64,000 nt of DNA from Myxococcota bacterium (GCA_965247115.1 CBDFGR010000002.1:2080001-2144000), one strand, 5' to 3'. Positions 37,922-50,043 are shown, numbered from the stretch's first letter. The notes: a model not told the origin generated them from the letters alone. Program-made: numbers and translations.

Positions 37922-40285
37922 TCAGTGGAAGCGATATTTGAGCTCTACTCCGTAGCGCCGGGGATCCGCGTAGAGGCTCATCGGACCACCGGTCGTTGCG
38001 ACATCGATCACGAGATTCAAGTGGTCTTTGTCTCCGAGATTGTTGACGAAGAAGTGCAGCTCAAAGTCGCCGAGCGTGTCCTCGAGCCTTCCACCTGCGG
38101 TGGCGAGGATGACCCGCGCGTTGGATAAGCTGTAGCTGGACTGTTCGGAGTAGGTTTCGTTGAAAGACGTGAAGTAGTAATTGTCCGACCAGGAATACTC
38201 ATACCGAAGCGAGGCCGATCCAAGGTCCGAGATGGGCACGGTGTAGTCCCCGCTGATGAAGAAGCTCTTGTCGGGGGCACGGGGCAGCTGATTCCCTTTG
38301 AGGTCCTCGATATTGCCGAAGAACGGGTTAAGTGAGAAGTATTCCTCGAACTCGGCATTCTGGATGGAGAGCCCGGCAGTCAACTGGAATCCCTCGAACG
38401 GGAAGGCCTGCAGCTCGGCTTCGAAGCCCAGCACCTCGGCGTCCGCGGCATTCTCAATGGTAGAGGAACTCGCGACGTTGACGGCAGCCTGGTAGTCTTC
38501 GTAGTCGTAGAAGAAGCCGACGAGATTCAAGCGGAGGCGGTCGTCGAGCCACTGGCTCTTCACACCGATCTCGTAGGACCAGAGGGTTTCCGGATCGTAG
38601 TCGGCCCCACAGGCGTCGGGATTTACGCCGCCGCCCTTAAAGCCGCGACTCACCGATGCGTATGCCATGACGGATTCCGCGACGTCGAAATCTACGCCGA
38701 ACTTCGGGGTCCAAGAGGTGTATTCCAGCTCGGTTTCGTGCCCTTCGCACAGGAAAAAATCGTGGCCAAAGCCGGGGATGTCCTCGAGCCCTGGGACTCC
38801 AAAAGACACAGTCTGATCAGTGTCCTTCTCCTCGTCACTGTATCGTATGCCGGCGGTTGCGCGGAGGCGCTCGGTCACGTGGTACGTCGCCTCCCCGAAC
38901 AGGGCCCAAGCCTCGGTGTCCTGATCCATACCGAAGATAAAATTGTCGACGATTTCCGCGTCCAGCACGTCAAACCCAGTTCCGCCGGCGTCCAGGATCT
39001 CCTGCCCCACGGCCGCCAAGTCGGGCAGTGTGTAGAAGAAGTGCGTGTCGGCGCGGTCCTTGAAGAGGTACGCTCCGACCACCCATTCGAGTTTCCCGTC
39101 GCCCGCGGAGCTCAGGGTGAGCTCCTGAGTCCACACCTTGGAATTCTGTTCCGAATTGGTGTTTATAAAGTTGGCCTCGGTTCCATCGAGGTCCCCATCG
39201 ACCTCCAACTCGTTATTGCGGAACGACGTGATGGAGTTGAGCGTCGCGTCACCAATCAGCGGCAGTCCGTGAAGGTCCAGCTTGATGGTGCTGCTGAGTC
39301 CCCAGACGCGCTTCTTGTCGGACAGCTTCCTGTCGATGTTGACGCGTTGGGCGTCCGGTTCCAGAGTGCCCCCGAACGTCACCGGACCGAACGGGATTAG
39401 CTGGCCGTTGTGCTGGAAGTGCGGCCCATGGTTACGGTCGCGCATCCAGTCGTAACGCACCAGGATCTCAAGGTCTTCGGCGGGGGTGTAGCGCAGCGCG
39501 CCTCGAAACGAGCCGTGATCGGTGTCGTCGAGCTTGTCCCCGTCGAAATTGTTCCGCCTCAGGCCGTCGCTCTGGTCCGTGGCCCAGCTCAGCCGCGCAC
39601 CCAGGTTCTCGTTAACCGGGCCGCCGAGAGCAGATCGAACGCGGTAGCGGTCGTTGTCTCCAGCCAGGGCGGAGAACTCCGCTTCCATAGATTCGGGTGG
39701 GGTCTTCGTCCACAGATTCATCGCCCCTCCGGTTGCATTCCGGCCGTAGAGCGTTCCTTGCGGACCTCGGAGCACCTCGATTCGCTCCAGGTCATCGTGG
39801 ATCGAGCTCGCGATGAAGTGGCGGGCCTGGTAGACGCCATCGATGTTGAGAGCGACTCCCGACTCACCCGCCATGGTGGGGATTTCGACGCCGACGCCGC
39901 GCAACGTGAATTGCGCGTTGGAGAGCGACTTGGCGAAGGTCAGGCCGGGAACGTGGAACTGCAGGTTCTCGATGCTGTCGAGGTCGCTGCGTGCGATATC
40001 ATCCGCAGAAAAGGCCGAGATCGCGATCGGTGTGGCCTGCAGGTTCGTCTCGCGACGCTCCGCCGTCACGACGAGCTCCTCGATCTGGGTCCGTCGGCTC
40101 AGGGAGGTCGCCTCTTCGGCCGCTTCTTCGGCCTCCTCTTCGACCAGTGCGGGCGGAGCCGGCACATCCACGTCTTCTCCGCTCGCCTCATCTCCGAGCG
40201 CGGGTGACGCAATGAGAGAGGCGCAGAGGGCGAGGGATGCGCCGTAAACAAAGAGCCGGCCTAAGTCAGTCGAGGGATTGCGCAT
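37922..40285 (-). CDS. TonB-dependent receptor
   Basis: Signal peptide, IEELVVTAERRE TonB box, ERIEVLRGPQGTLYGRNATGG, terminal PRRYGVELKYRF. Confidence 0.93.
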   Translation of the reverse strand: MRNPSTDLGRLFVYGASLALCASLIASPALGDEASGEDVDVPAPPALVEEEAEEAAEEATSLSRRTQIEELVVTAERRETNLQATPIAISAFSADDIARSDLDSIENLQFHVPGLTFAKSLSNAQFTLRGVGVEIPTMAGESGVALNIDGVYQARHFIASSIHDDLERIEVLRGPQGTLYGRNATGGAMNLWTKTPPESMEAEFSALAGDNDRYRVRSALGGPVNENLGARLSWATDQSDGLRRNNFDGDKLDDTDHGSFRGALRYTPAEDLEILVRYDWMRDRNHGPHFQHNGQLIPFGPVTFGGTLEPDAQRVNIDRKLSDKKRVWGLSSTIKLDLHGLPLIGDATLNSITSFRNNELEVDGDLDGTEANFINTNSEQNSKVWTQELTLSSAGDGKLEWVVGAYLFKDRADTHFFYTLPDLAAVGQEILDAGGTGFDVLDAEIVDNFIFGMDQDTEAWALFGEATYHVTERLRATAGIRYSDEEKDTDQTVSFGVPGLEDIPGFGHDFFLCEGHETELEYTSWTPKFGVDFDVAESVMAYASVSRGFKGGGVNPDACGADYDPETLWSYEIGVKSQWLDDRLRLNLVGFFYDYEDYQAAVNVASSSTIENAADAEVLGFEAELQAFPFEGFQLTAGLSIQNAEFEEYFSLNPFFGNIEDLKGNQLPRAPDKSFFISGDYTVPISDLGSASLRYEYSWSDNYYFTSFNETYSEQSSYSLSNARVILATAGGRLEDTLGDFELHFFVNNLGDKDHLNLVIDVATTGGPMSLYADPRRYGVELKYRFH

Positions 40286-40510
40286 TGTGCGGCCTCCATA
40301 TTCGGTGGCCAGGTGCTATCCCGGCTCCCAGCGTAGTCTGTCTCTCGCAATTCTTCCAGGTGAATGAGCATACGCTCGCCCGGTCCGCCCAGTCAACCGC
40401 ATAGTGCGTTGTTGAATCCGAGCGATTTCCGGCCAGTTACAGATCATCCCCGCCCGGAAGAACTCCACAGGAGGGAACCTCTAACTGGGCACCTCCTCGG
40501 TGCCACCGAC

Positions 40511-41330
40511 TTACTCCAGCAGCTTGAACGAGACCGCCGCGAAGAACCCCACCAGCGTCGAGATTCCGACCCGCGACCCCGAGCCCGCCAGGTGGACGGC
40601 TTCCGGAATCATGGTCGAGACGATCGTCGTGATCATGGCCCCGGCGGCGACGCCCTCGATGGCGATGAGCGCGTAGTGGGGAACCGCCCCCCCAATCGCG
40701 TACCCGACACCGGCGCCTGCCGCCGTGATCACCATCAACGCGCTCCACATCGAGAGCACGCGCATTCGGCTCCATCCCTGTGTCCGCATCGCCAGTGAGC
40801 TCGACAGCGCCTCTGGGAAGTTCGCCAGGAACAGCCCCGCGATCAGCGTGTAGGGGACGACCTCCGCAAAGGCCACGTCTGTTCCGCTCGCGAGGCGTCC
40901 TCTCAGTATCCCGAGGAAACCCGATCCGATCACGATGCTCTCGGGGATTCCGTCGATCAACATTCCGAGCCACACCGCGAGCCCGGCGCCGCTGCGCGCC
41001 TCTGCAGCCTGCCGGATCTCCGCCGGGCTCGGTACGACTGTTCCCTGTCGCAAAGCACCGATCGCCTGCTCCCCCCAGCTCTGTTCCATCTGGCTGCGAA
41101 CTGCATCGCGCTCGCGGATCTCCTCCAGTCGCTCGCTGGCCATCTCGCGAAAGCCCAGATCAAACTCCGGACACTCCGCACGCCAGCGCTCGAAGTCCGC
41201 TCCGCGCAGCACCAGTGCCTCTACGCGCCCTTTTGCTTGCGCAGAGACGGTGCGCGGAATACCGGCCAGCAGCGGAAGCTCGCCAAAGATCCCCCCGGCC
41301 CCCACCTCGAATAGCTCAGCATGGAGATGA
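40511..41330 (-). pseudogene. 5'-truncated cNMP-binding domain / ZIP-type permease fusion
   Basis: FGELPLLAGIPRTVSA (cNMP); IDGIPESIVIG and LANFPEALSSS (ZIP-like helices). Confidence 0.65.
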
Positions 41331-41512
41331 GTCCGAACTGACTCGCCCTCGGTAGCGCCTCTGCCATGGCTCCGAGGGCGTCCCAGTTCATCGTACCTCC
41401 GCTCCCTCCACATCGAACAGAGGCGCAAACCGGGTTGAGGCTTGTTCGACCCGAGGCGTCTAGGTTCCTCGCCCCCTCCTCCAAGGATGAGCTAGCCGAG
41501 GACGACGCCTAG

Positions 41513-42787
41513 CAGGCTGCGGAGAAAGTGACTGGTTGAGGGGTGGTCCTTCCGACGAGGGGGTTCACCGGCCGAGGGGCGGGGCGCGATTCCCGGTTCG
41601 AACCGGTCTTGGGCTCCGCTGATCGCGGGGCGGTTTCGCACATGACCTACGTGGCCTCCAGCAGCTTGCGGATCCGGATCAGGTTGTAGGCTGCGGCCGT
41701 GAAGGTGAAGACCCAGCCGACCCGATCCGTGCCGCGGTGTCGGGTCTTGCGCATCAGCCCCACGGTCTTCATCCAGCCGAAGACCTCTTCCACCCGTTTG
41801 CGAAAACGCTGACTCAGTTCGTAGCCCCGGTGGCGCGTCGTCCGCCCGTCGATCGCGCTGCGTCGATTCGTCGTGTTCTGCGCCACGTGTGGGGTCACGC
41901 CCAACTCTCGAAGCTCTTCCACGAACCCCTTCGTGTCGAAGCCCTTGTCTCCGCCCAATGTCCTCCGACGCCCGCCTCCCAGACCTTCCACCATCTCGAG
42001 CGCCGCTTCGCGCTCCGCATATCCCGACGCCTGCGTGAGCTTCGCCGCGACCACCAAGCCGTTCCGGTTCTCCGTCACCACGTGTCCCTGGTACGCGAGT
42101 CGGGCGCCTTGGCCTCTCATACCGGCGAGTCGTGCGTCGGGATCCGTCGTCGACGCATGCGTCTGGTTGCTCCGCTTCTCGCCTCGGAAGTTCACCGTCG
42201 GGTTGCCCGGGTCATCGTCGTCTCTCCGTTCCTCGTCCTTCCGTACGAAGCTCTTCTGGCTCGCCCACGCCTCGATCAGCGTCCCGTCTACCGTGAAGTG
42301 CTCCAACGACACCCATCCCTCGGTCTCGGCCTGCTCCAGCACTGCGTCGAAGAAGTGCTCGGCAATCTCGCCCTTGAGCAGCCGGTCTCGGTTCTTCGTG
42401 AACACCGTGGCGCTGAACACCACCTCGTCAAGCTCCAGACCCACGAACCAGCGATACAGCAGGTTGTACTCCAGCTGCTCCACCAGCTGCCGCTCGCTCC
42501 GGATGGTGTAGAGCACCTGCAGCAGCAGGGCGCGCAGCAGCTGCTCCGGGGGCACGGACGGGCGCCCTACGCCTCTGGCGTAGATCGCGTCGAAGCGCGG
42601 CGATAGCCGCTGCAGCGCCGTGTCGACCATGCGCCGCATCGCTCGAAGCGGATGATCATCCGGAATCCGCGACTCCAGCGACACGTAGCTGAACATCCCG
42701 CCCTGAAGCGTCCCCTGTCCTCTCACGCCTCCCCCTTTGGGGCTCGCTCCCAAGGTACCCTTCGATGAGGAGTTTTTCAGCAGCCTG
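41513..42787 (-). mobile_element. IS5-family element, copy 3 (transposase 41647..42726), inserted at the MFS stop codon
   Basis: CTAG at 41509-41512 and 42788-42791. Confidence 0.93.
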
Positions 42788-44404
42788 CTAGAGGCCCGGC
42801 TCGCCCGCGGCGCGCGCGCGCTCGAGGCGGCTCGCCTCGTCGCGCTCCAGGTGGCGGCAGGCGAGCAGTAGAAGCGCGACCGTCGCCAGGATGGCCAAGA
42901 GCGCGAGCAGCATCGCCGAGCGCAGCGCCTCCGCATCCGTTTGCCCGCCCGCCTCGAGCGCGTCGCTGAGGCGGCCGATCGTGTAGGGACCGAGCGCGAG
43001 CCCGACAAACGTGACCGTGAGGATGTAGAACGCCGACGCCGTGGCGCGCATGCGCGGCATGACCAGGTCGTTGACCGTGGTCGCGGCGGGGCCGATCCAC
43101 ATGTACGTGCCCAGGGCGAGCGCCACATTCATCAGGTATGCGAACCACACCTTGTCGGTCAGGAGCATGCCGACGATGAAGGGCACGGGTGCGACCGCGG
43201 CGAAGAGTCCCACGTAGAGCCGGGCGTTTGGCGTGTGTCGGCGCAGCCAGTCGGACACGACGCCTCCGAGGGTCACACCGGCCCAGCCTACAATGGCGGC
43301 GGTCAGACCGAGCACGGTGCCGGTCTCGGCCGCGCTGAGACCGTGCATCCGTTGAAAGAAGGGCGGCACCCAGAAGCCGAGGCCGTAGCCCGTGAACGCG
43401 AGAAGCGAGAACCCACCCGCGCTGTAGAGGAGCGCGCGGCTCCCGAAGATCATCTGAAACGTCGCGGCGTCGCGCAGCACCAGGCCCTGCGCCCAAGAGA
43501 TCGCACCATAGAGACCGATCCCGAGGGCGATCCACTGCTCCGGGTTTCCGAGCCAGGCGATTAGGCCCGCGGCCAAGAGCGCTATGGCAGCCGCGATGGC
43601 CACGTTCAGGCCAAGGGCCCTCCGGGACGCGCCACTTCGCACGAGGCTCCAAATGGTGAAGGGCGGCAGCACCGCGAGCAGCTCGCGCAGGGGCTCCCGA
43701 AAGGGATGGAGGTTCGGCTTGGGAGGTGCCAGCCCCTCGCTCTGGCCGCGCACAGGCTCCCGCAGGGTCCAGACCCAGACCGCGAGCAGGAGACCGGGCA
43801 GGCCGACGGCGAAGAAGGCTGCCTGCCAGCCGACCAGTCCGAACGGGGCCCCGCCGGCTTCGAAAGCGCGATTCCACGAGTCGGAGATTATTCCGCCGAG
43901 GAAGATCCCGATGCCCGCTCCGATGTTTCCGCCGCTCGAGTAGATCGAGAGGACGGTTGCGCGCAGCCGGGGTGGAAAGTAGTCACTCAACAGCGAAAAT
44001 GCGGCCGGGGTCGCACTCGCTTCGCCAATACCGACCCCGACGCGGAACACCGCCAGGCTGCCGAAGCCGCGCGCAATGCCCGATAGGGCCGTCATGACGC
44101 TCCAGAAGGACAGTCCCAGCGAGATCAATCTCGTGCGCACCCACACGTCGGCCAGCCGACCGAGCGGGATCCCGAACATCGCGTAGAACACCGCGAAGGC
44201 GGTGCCGTACAAGAACGCCAGCTGGGCGTCGGAGAGACCGAGGTCGGCTTTGATCTGCTCCGCGAGGATCGACAGGATGTGCCGGTCGAGGAAGTTGAAC
44301 ACGTACACGATGACGAGCACGCCGAGCACGTAGCGGGGGTACGGCCCGCCGACCTCCGAGCTCGGATGGGCGGGCTTCGGGTCGGGCGCAGCGGGGGCGG
44401 GCAT
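42788..44404 (-). CDS. MFS transporter (spinster-like)
   Basis: YVFNFLDRHILSILAEQIKADL, GRLADVWVR, GIGEASATP. Confidence 0.9.
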   Translation of the reverse strand: MPAPAAPDPKPAHPSSEVGGPYPRYVLGVLVIVYVFNFLDRHILSILAEQIKADLGLSDAQLAFLYGTAFAVFYAMFGIPLGRLADVWVRTRLISLGLSFWSVMTALSGIARGFGSLAVFRVGVGIGEASATPAAFSLLSDYFPPRLRATVLSIYSSGGNIGAGIGIFLGGIISDSWNRAFEAGGAPFGLVGWQAAFFAVGLPGLLLAVWVWTLREPVRGQSEGLAPPKPNLHPFREPLRELLAVLPPFTIWSLVRSGASRRALGLNVAIAAAIALLAAGLIAWLGNPEQWIALGIGLYGAISWAQGLVLRDAATFQMIFGSRALLYSAGGFSLLAFTGYGLGFWVPPFFQRMHGLSAAETGTVLGLTAAIVGWAGVTLGGVVSDWLRRHTPNARLYVGLFAAVAPVPFIVGMLLTDKVWFAYLMNVALALGTYMWIGPAATTVNDLVMPRMRATASAFYILTVTFVGLALGPYTIGRLSDALEAGGQTDAEALRSAMLLALLAILATVALLLLACRHLERDEASRLERARAAGEPGL

Positions 44405-45199
44405 CGGCCGATTCTACCCCCGGTTTTCCGACGCCGGCTCTGGCGCTGCGCTCAGGCCGGGCTGGCTGGCGGCCGATCCGGTCTCCGATGTCGAACGCTG
44501 CCGAGCGGGGTGCCGGTGGAGGGATTTTCCTGAGCCGGACACAGGCATTCGAATCCAAGGGGCGGGGCAGAACTCGCGCGTGAGCGAGTCTCCATACCGG
44601 GAGAATTGGACGCGGCCGGCAACCCGGATAACTTCCACACCATCAGGATCAGTAGAAGGCCTACGCGGCGCATCCGGCACATGGCCGCCTAGCGGGTGCT
44701 TGCAACGACGTATGCTCTGCCCACTTTGCGACGATGGAGACGCCTGCACTATCGACGACACCGGGCATCATGTCACTTGGTCGGCGTTGCAGCGACGGGT
44801 GATGAGGTTCGCACCGGCCATAGCCATTGGGATGAGGGACGCGAGAGACGAGGTGATACCAAACGGGGAGGGTATCCCAGTAGGCGACCTGGGCGATCAC
44901 GCCGACGACCAGCAGAGCCAGCCCGGCAAGGGGTCCGATCCGCGTGAAGACGGGGTTGGCAATCCAGCCGGAGATGGCGAAACCGTTTCGCACAATGACC
45001 AATCTCCCCGCGCCTCCGAGTTGGTAGTGATTATACACAGTCGGGTAGGAGGGCGGGAACGCGTACACTTGGGGGGTAACCAGGATATCAGCGGATCCAA
45101 ACGGATCCGGAGAGTGTGGTACGCTGCCGACCGCGCGAGCGGACGCAACGGGGTGCGCGATGTCGGAGCCGAGTGGGAAGGAGCGCGACGGGTACCTGG

Positions 45200-45602
<403 letters not shown>

Positions 45603-45891
45603 CCGGAGGTCAGAGCAGGAACTTGGCCGTGTGGAAGGTGGTGCGAAGCTCGCGCCGTACGCGAGTGCGAGCATGTACACAAAAGCGAGGGCTGGCCAGC
45701 CGCGACCGTAGACGTGCACTGCAGCGCGAAGACGAAGAACACCAGAAGGGCGAGCGCCGCGGGCAAGCCGAACGTCGGCTCCCCCGGGCTCGCGGCCTTG
45801 GAGGCGGACGGCGTGATCGGGGATACGCTTTTCGACTAGCTCCGAAGGGCGCTGCGTGTATACTCCTCGGGGTCGCGAACGAGGAGTTCCG

Positions 45892-47079
45892 ATGCAGTGT
45901 CGAGCCGCCGTCGCCGGTGTGGGCGAGTCGAACTACTACAAGCGAGGCGGCGCCCCCGAGACCGAGTTTCAGCTGGCGTGCATTGCCATCCGCAATGCGG
46001 TGGAAGACGCGGGTCTCGGGCTCTCGGACGTAGACGGCTTCGTGTCGTACGTGGACTCGCGCAACGACCCCGTGCTCCTCTCGTCCGCGCTCGGTCTTTC
46101 CAAGGTGGACTTCACCGCGCAGACGTACGGCGGGGGCGGAAACGGAGTAGGGTCTGCGGTCGCGATCGCGGATGCCGCGGTCATCGCGGGGTACGCGCAA
46201 CACGTCGTGGTGTTCCGCGCGGTGGCCCAGGGCCAGTTCGAGCGCTTCGGGCAGGCCATGATCGGCTGGTCCACGATGTCACAAAAAACAGGCCGGACGC
46301 GCGCCCCCGCGCCCGACGCCTACACGGCGCCGTACGGCTTGGTCAGCGCGGCCCAGGTCAACGCGATGCAGACCCAGCGGTATATGTACGAGCACGGCCT
46401 GGGGCAGGACGCCCTCGCGGACGTAACGCTGGCCTGCTACGAGCACGCGCAGCACAACCCGCGGGCCCTGCGCTACGGCACGCCGCTCTCGCGCGAGGAC
46501 TACCACGCGTCGCGCTGGATCGCCGAGCCCTTTCACCTGTACGACTGCTGCCCCGAAAACGACGGGGCCGCGGCTGTGGTGGTGACGACGACTGAGCGCG
46601 CGCGCGACCTGCGCCACGCGGCCGTCCCGATTTTGGCCGCCGCGCAGGGGCTCGAACGAGGCGGTGGGATCGGCGCGTTCAACGAGACGCCCTTTCCCAC
46701 CGCGCACATGCGCCCCGTCGGCGAGCGCCTGTGGGGGCGGGCGGGGGTGACGGCCGCGGACGTGGACGTGGCGCAGTTCTACGAGAACTTCACCGGGCCG
46801 GTGCTCATCGCGATCAGCGAGATGGGCTTCTGCGAACCCGAGGGACTGAACGAGTTCGTTGGGAACGACCGGCTGCTGTGGAAGAGCGGGGGCCTGCCCC
46901 TGAACACGAGCGGCGGGAACATCGGCGAGGCGTACATCCACGGCTTCGGGCTCGTGAACGAGGCCGTGCGCCAGATCCGCGGCGACTCGACGTGCCAGGT
47001 CGAGGACGCCGGGCTCAGCCTGGTCGTGGGGGGGCCGGGCTACGCACTGGGTAGCGCTGTGCTGTTCTGTCGAGACTGA
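45892..47079 (+). CDS. Thiolase-like protein (SCP-x/Ltp2 type)
   Basis: AAVAGVGES, LYDCCPENDGAAA, AQFYENFT, NTSGGNIGEAYIHG; no nucleophilic Cys at the usual site. Confidence 0.88.
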   Translation: MQCRAAVAGVGESNYYKRGGAPETEFQLACIAIRNAVEDAGLGLSDVDGFVSYVDSRNDPVLLSSALGLSKVDFTAQTYGGGGNGVGSAVAIADAAVIAGYAQHVVVFRAVAQGQFERFGQAMIGWSTMSQKTGRTRAPAPDAYTAPYGLVSAAQVNAMQTQRYMYEHGLGQDALADVTLACYEHAQHNPRALRYGTPLSREDYHASRWIAEPFHLYDCCPENDGAAAVVVTTTERARDLRHAAVPILAAAQGLERGGGIGAFNETPFPTAHMRPVGERLWGRAGVTAADVDVAQFYENFTGPVLIAISEMGFCEPEGLNEFVGNDRLLWKSGGLPLNTSGGNIGEAYIHGFGLVNEAVRQIRGDSTCQVEDAGLSLVVGGPGYALGSAVLFCRD

Positions 47080-47089
47080 GGGAGGCCAC

Positions 47090-47521
47090 GTGGCCCGTAC
47101 CATGCCAGACGAATGGGTGCTGCCGGCGATCGAACCGCGGACCGAGGCCTTCTTCACCACCGGGCGACTTCTGCTCCAGCGATGTACGGCGTGTGAGTTC
47201 ATCCAACACCCGCCCGAGGACGTGTGCCACCGCTGCCAGGGAATGGACTTCGACACGCGCGAAGTGGCGGGGCGCGGGACGATCTACAGTCACACGGTCG
47301 TGAGACACCCGGTCCACCCCATGCTCGAGGAGGCGGTGCCCTACACCGTGGTGCTCGTGAGCCTGGACGAGGTCCCGCACGTGCGCGTAACCGGCAACCT
47401 CGTCGACGTCCCACCCGAAGAGGCGCGCATCGGTATGCCCGTGCGCGCGGTGTGGGAGGAGGTCACCGACCCCGAGTCGGGCGGGAAGCTGCTGCTGCCC
47501 CAGTGGGAGCGCGCTACCTAG
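47090..47521 (+). CDS. Zn-ribbon/OB-fold (DUF35) partner protein
   Basis: Two CxxC motifs plus OB fold; directly downstream of the thiolase-like gene, GGAGG RBS. Confidence 0.9.
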   Translation: MARTMPDEWVLPAIEPRTEAFFTTGRLLLQRCTACEFIQHPPEDVCHRCQGMDFDTREVAGRGTIYSHTVVRHPVHPMLEEAVPYTVVLVSLDEVPHVRVTGNLVDVPPEEARIGMPVRAVWEEVTDPESGGKLLLPQWERAT

Positions 47522-47623
47522 GAATCACGGGCAGCAGCAGGTACGACGCCATGTCCTCTGGTGGTAGACGCTCTGTTCGGCCGTAGAGCCCGGACAGGTG
47601 CGAGGCCGCCCTCGCGCCCCTCT

Positions 47624-48826
47624 CTACACCTCCACGCGGTACAGGCGCGCCGCGTTGTCCTGCAGGATCTTGCGGCGCGTGGTCTCGCTCCAGTCGGCGG
47701 TCACGTCGGCGAGGTACTCCTGGACGTCGGGGTACTTGCAGGTGGGGTGCGGGAAGTCGGTCTCGAACATGATGTTGTCTTCGCCGATCTCCTCGATCAG
47801 CTTCTTGGGCGCCGTGCGCTCGAACCAGAAGGTGCTGTAGATCTGGCGGCGGAAGTAGTCAGAGGGGGCCATGGGGACCGGGAGCTCGCTCTTCGAGTCC
47901 GTCTCCGTCCACTCATAGTCGAGCGCCTCCAGCAGGAACGGGATCCAGCCGATTCCGCTCTCGACCGACACGATCTTCACCTGGGGGAAGCGCTCGAGAA
48001 TGCCGGAGTAGAGCAGGTTGGAGACCACCCGCGCGTTCTCCATGAACAGGTTCGTGGAGCCCAGTGCCAGGCGGCGGAGCTCTCCCATCGACGGCCAGGC
48101 GGCGCGCCCCCACATGTTCAAGGAGGTCTGGCTCGCCGCGATGTGGAAGTTGACCGGCACCTCGAGGTCGTTGCAGACCTCCCAGAAAGGCGACCACGCG
48201 TCTTCGGACAGGTCGGGCATGCCGACGCTGTCGGGGTCGCTGCACATCACGATCCCCCGCAGCCCGATCTCCTTCGAGCGCCGCACCTCGTCGACACAGT
48301 GGTCGACGTTCCACCAGGGCATGAGCGCCATCGGCAGGATGCGATCGCCCGACTCCGCCTGGATCTCGGCCATGGCGTCGTTGTAGACGGTGGCGCAGAG
48401 CTTGCGCAGCTCCAAGTCCTCGACCTTGAGGAAGTTCTGGTTCCCGAAGCCGGCGAGGTTCGGATAGAGGATCTGGGCGTGGAGTCCGAAGTCGTTGAGC
48501 AGCGACACGCGCGCCTTCATGTCGTACGACGCCACATGTACTTCTTCGTGACTCCAACGTTCGAACTCGAGGCCAATCGACTTGGAGCCGTCCTTGCGGA
48601 TCGTGCTCACAGTGTTATAAGCGACCGACCCGAGGTCGATGTCGCGATTCACCATCCAGTGGCGTTCGCCGTCGACCTCCCGAACGTGTGGCAAGAGCTC
48701 CTTGTAGCCCGCGGGAGCGCGCGAGCTCCACAGGTCGAGCGGCTCGGAGATGTGGCTGTCGGTGTCGATGATCTTGAGGCTTCGGATCGAGGCCTCGACC
48801 TCAGCGGACGACGCGGGCTGGGTCAT
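47624..48826 (-). CDS. Amidohydrolase_2-family protein
   Basis: IIDTDSHISEP, VESGIGW, MFETDFPHP. Confidence 0.9.
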   Translation of the reverse strand: MTQPASSAEVEASIRSLKIIDTDSHISEPLDLWSSRAPAGYKELLPHVREVDGERHWMVNRDIDLGSVAYNTVSTIRKDGSKSIGLEFERWSHEEVHVASYDMKARVSLLNDFGLHAQILYPNLAGFGNQNFLKVEDLELRKLCATVYNDAMAEIQAESGDRILPMALMPWWNVDHCVDEVRRSKEIGLRGIVMCSDPDSVGMPDLSEDAWSPFWEVCNDLEVPVNFHIAASQTSLNMWGRAAWPSMGELRRLALGSTNLFMENARVVSNLLYSGILERFPQVKIVSVESGIGWIPFLLEALDYEWTETDSKSELPVPMAPSDYFRRQIYSTFWFERTAPKKLIEEIGEDNIMFETDFPHPTCKYPDVQEYLADVTADWSETTRRKILQDNAARLYRVEV

Positions 48827-48969
48827 TTGGGGATCTCCTTTTTGACTTGGGCTAGTCTACACGGACTGGACGATGGGCACAGGACAAACAGGCTGCGTTT
48901 CGGCTCCAGGTCCGAGTAGGGGCGCTCTGTAAAGCCGGCAGGGGGAAGAGCTTGCCGATCATGCGCACG

Positions 48970-50043
48970 TCACAGCGACGCCGCGAAGCCGTGGACGTCG
49001 CGGATCGACGCGTAGTAGACGTCGGGCATGACGGCCAGCAGCTCGGTGTCGCCGCCGTGATTCGTGCCGTTGATCGTGCGGCTCAGCGTCGGAACACCGG
49101 CGGCCATCAGCCTTCGCGCGTAGTGGAGTCCCTCGTCGCGCAGCGGGTCCAGCTCGTTCACCGAGATCGCGTGCGGCGGGAGTCCCGCCAGGTCCTCCAC
49201 GCTCGCGCGGTAGGGCCACGCCAACGGGTTGTCGGCGTTCTCCCCGCCCGGGTCGTAGGCCGTGGCGAGGACCTGCATCATGTCCGCATCCACCGCGTAC
49301 CCCGCGTTCTCGTGCAGAGAGGTCAGCTCGGGGGGTGCGGGACTGTAGGTGCCGGAGATGTACGGGCACATCGCGTACACGCCCGCGATCTTGTGAATCC
49401 AGCCCTCGCGCTTGGCCTTGAGCGCCAGGGCGAGGCTCAGGTTTCCGCCCCCGGACTCGCCCGAGACGACGAGCTGCGAGATGCCGAGCGCGTCGCGATT
49501 TTCGTGCGTCCAGTGCGCGCCCGCGGCGCAGTCGTCGAGACCGGCGGGGAACGGACAGGGACCGAGCTTGCCCGCCGAGTTGCGGAACTCGACCCCGACG
49601 ACGCTCAGCCCCGTGGCGGCCAGCTCGTCCCGCCATCGGGTGGACTGGGGATCGGCCGCGGCGCAGATGGCCATGCCGCCGCCGTGGGTGTGCAGGATGC
49701 CGGGCCGCGGGCCGGCTCGCCCGGAGGGCTCGTGGATGAAGAGGCGGATCTCGTTGCCGTCCTGCCCCTTGATGACCTCGGTTCGCCGGGCGACACCGGT
49801 CACCGGGGGAAGGCGGCCGAACATCTCCCGATAGACCGCGTCGAGGCCGGCTTCGAGGGCGCCGACGTACTCGAGGATCTCTGCATAGGAGGAGCCCGGT
49901 CCGACGGAGGGCGCCTCCTCGGCGGCGTCCATGCCCGACTGGGCCAGGGATGCGATGACTCGCGGGTCGGTGCGCGGGTCCGTGGCGAGGGTGAGGTTCG
50001 GGTCGCCCAGTCTGCCGGGCAGTTTCGGCGAAGCTGCGGTCAC
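48970..50043 (-). CDS. Alpha/beta hydrolase, HSL-family esterase
   Basis: HGGG, GESGG, DPLRDEG, NHGGD. Confidence 0.9.
   Translation of the reverse strand: MTAASPKLPGRLGDPNLTLATDPRTDPRVIASLAQSGMDAAEEAPSVGPGSSYAEILEYVGALEAGLDAVYREMFGRLPPVTGVARRTEVIKGQDGNEIRLFIHEPSGRAGPRPGILHTHGGGMAICAAADPQSTRWRDELAATGLSVVGVEFRNSAGKLGPCPFPAGLDDCAAGAHWTHENRDALGISQLVVSGESGGGNLSLALALKAKREGWIHKIAGVYAMCPYISGTYSPAPPELTSLHENAGYAVDADMMQVLATAYDPGGENADNPLAWPYRASVEDLAGLPPHAISVNELDPLRDEGLHYARRLMAAGVPTLSRTINGTNHGGDTELLAVMPDVYYASIRDVHGFAASL

Noticed and set aside
44720..44760. CDDGDACTID cysteine-rich repeat scrap
   Set aside because: A single short unit, too little to call a gene or to assign taxonomy.
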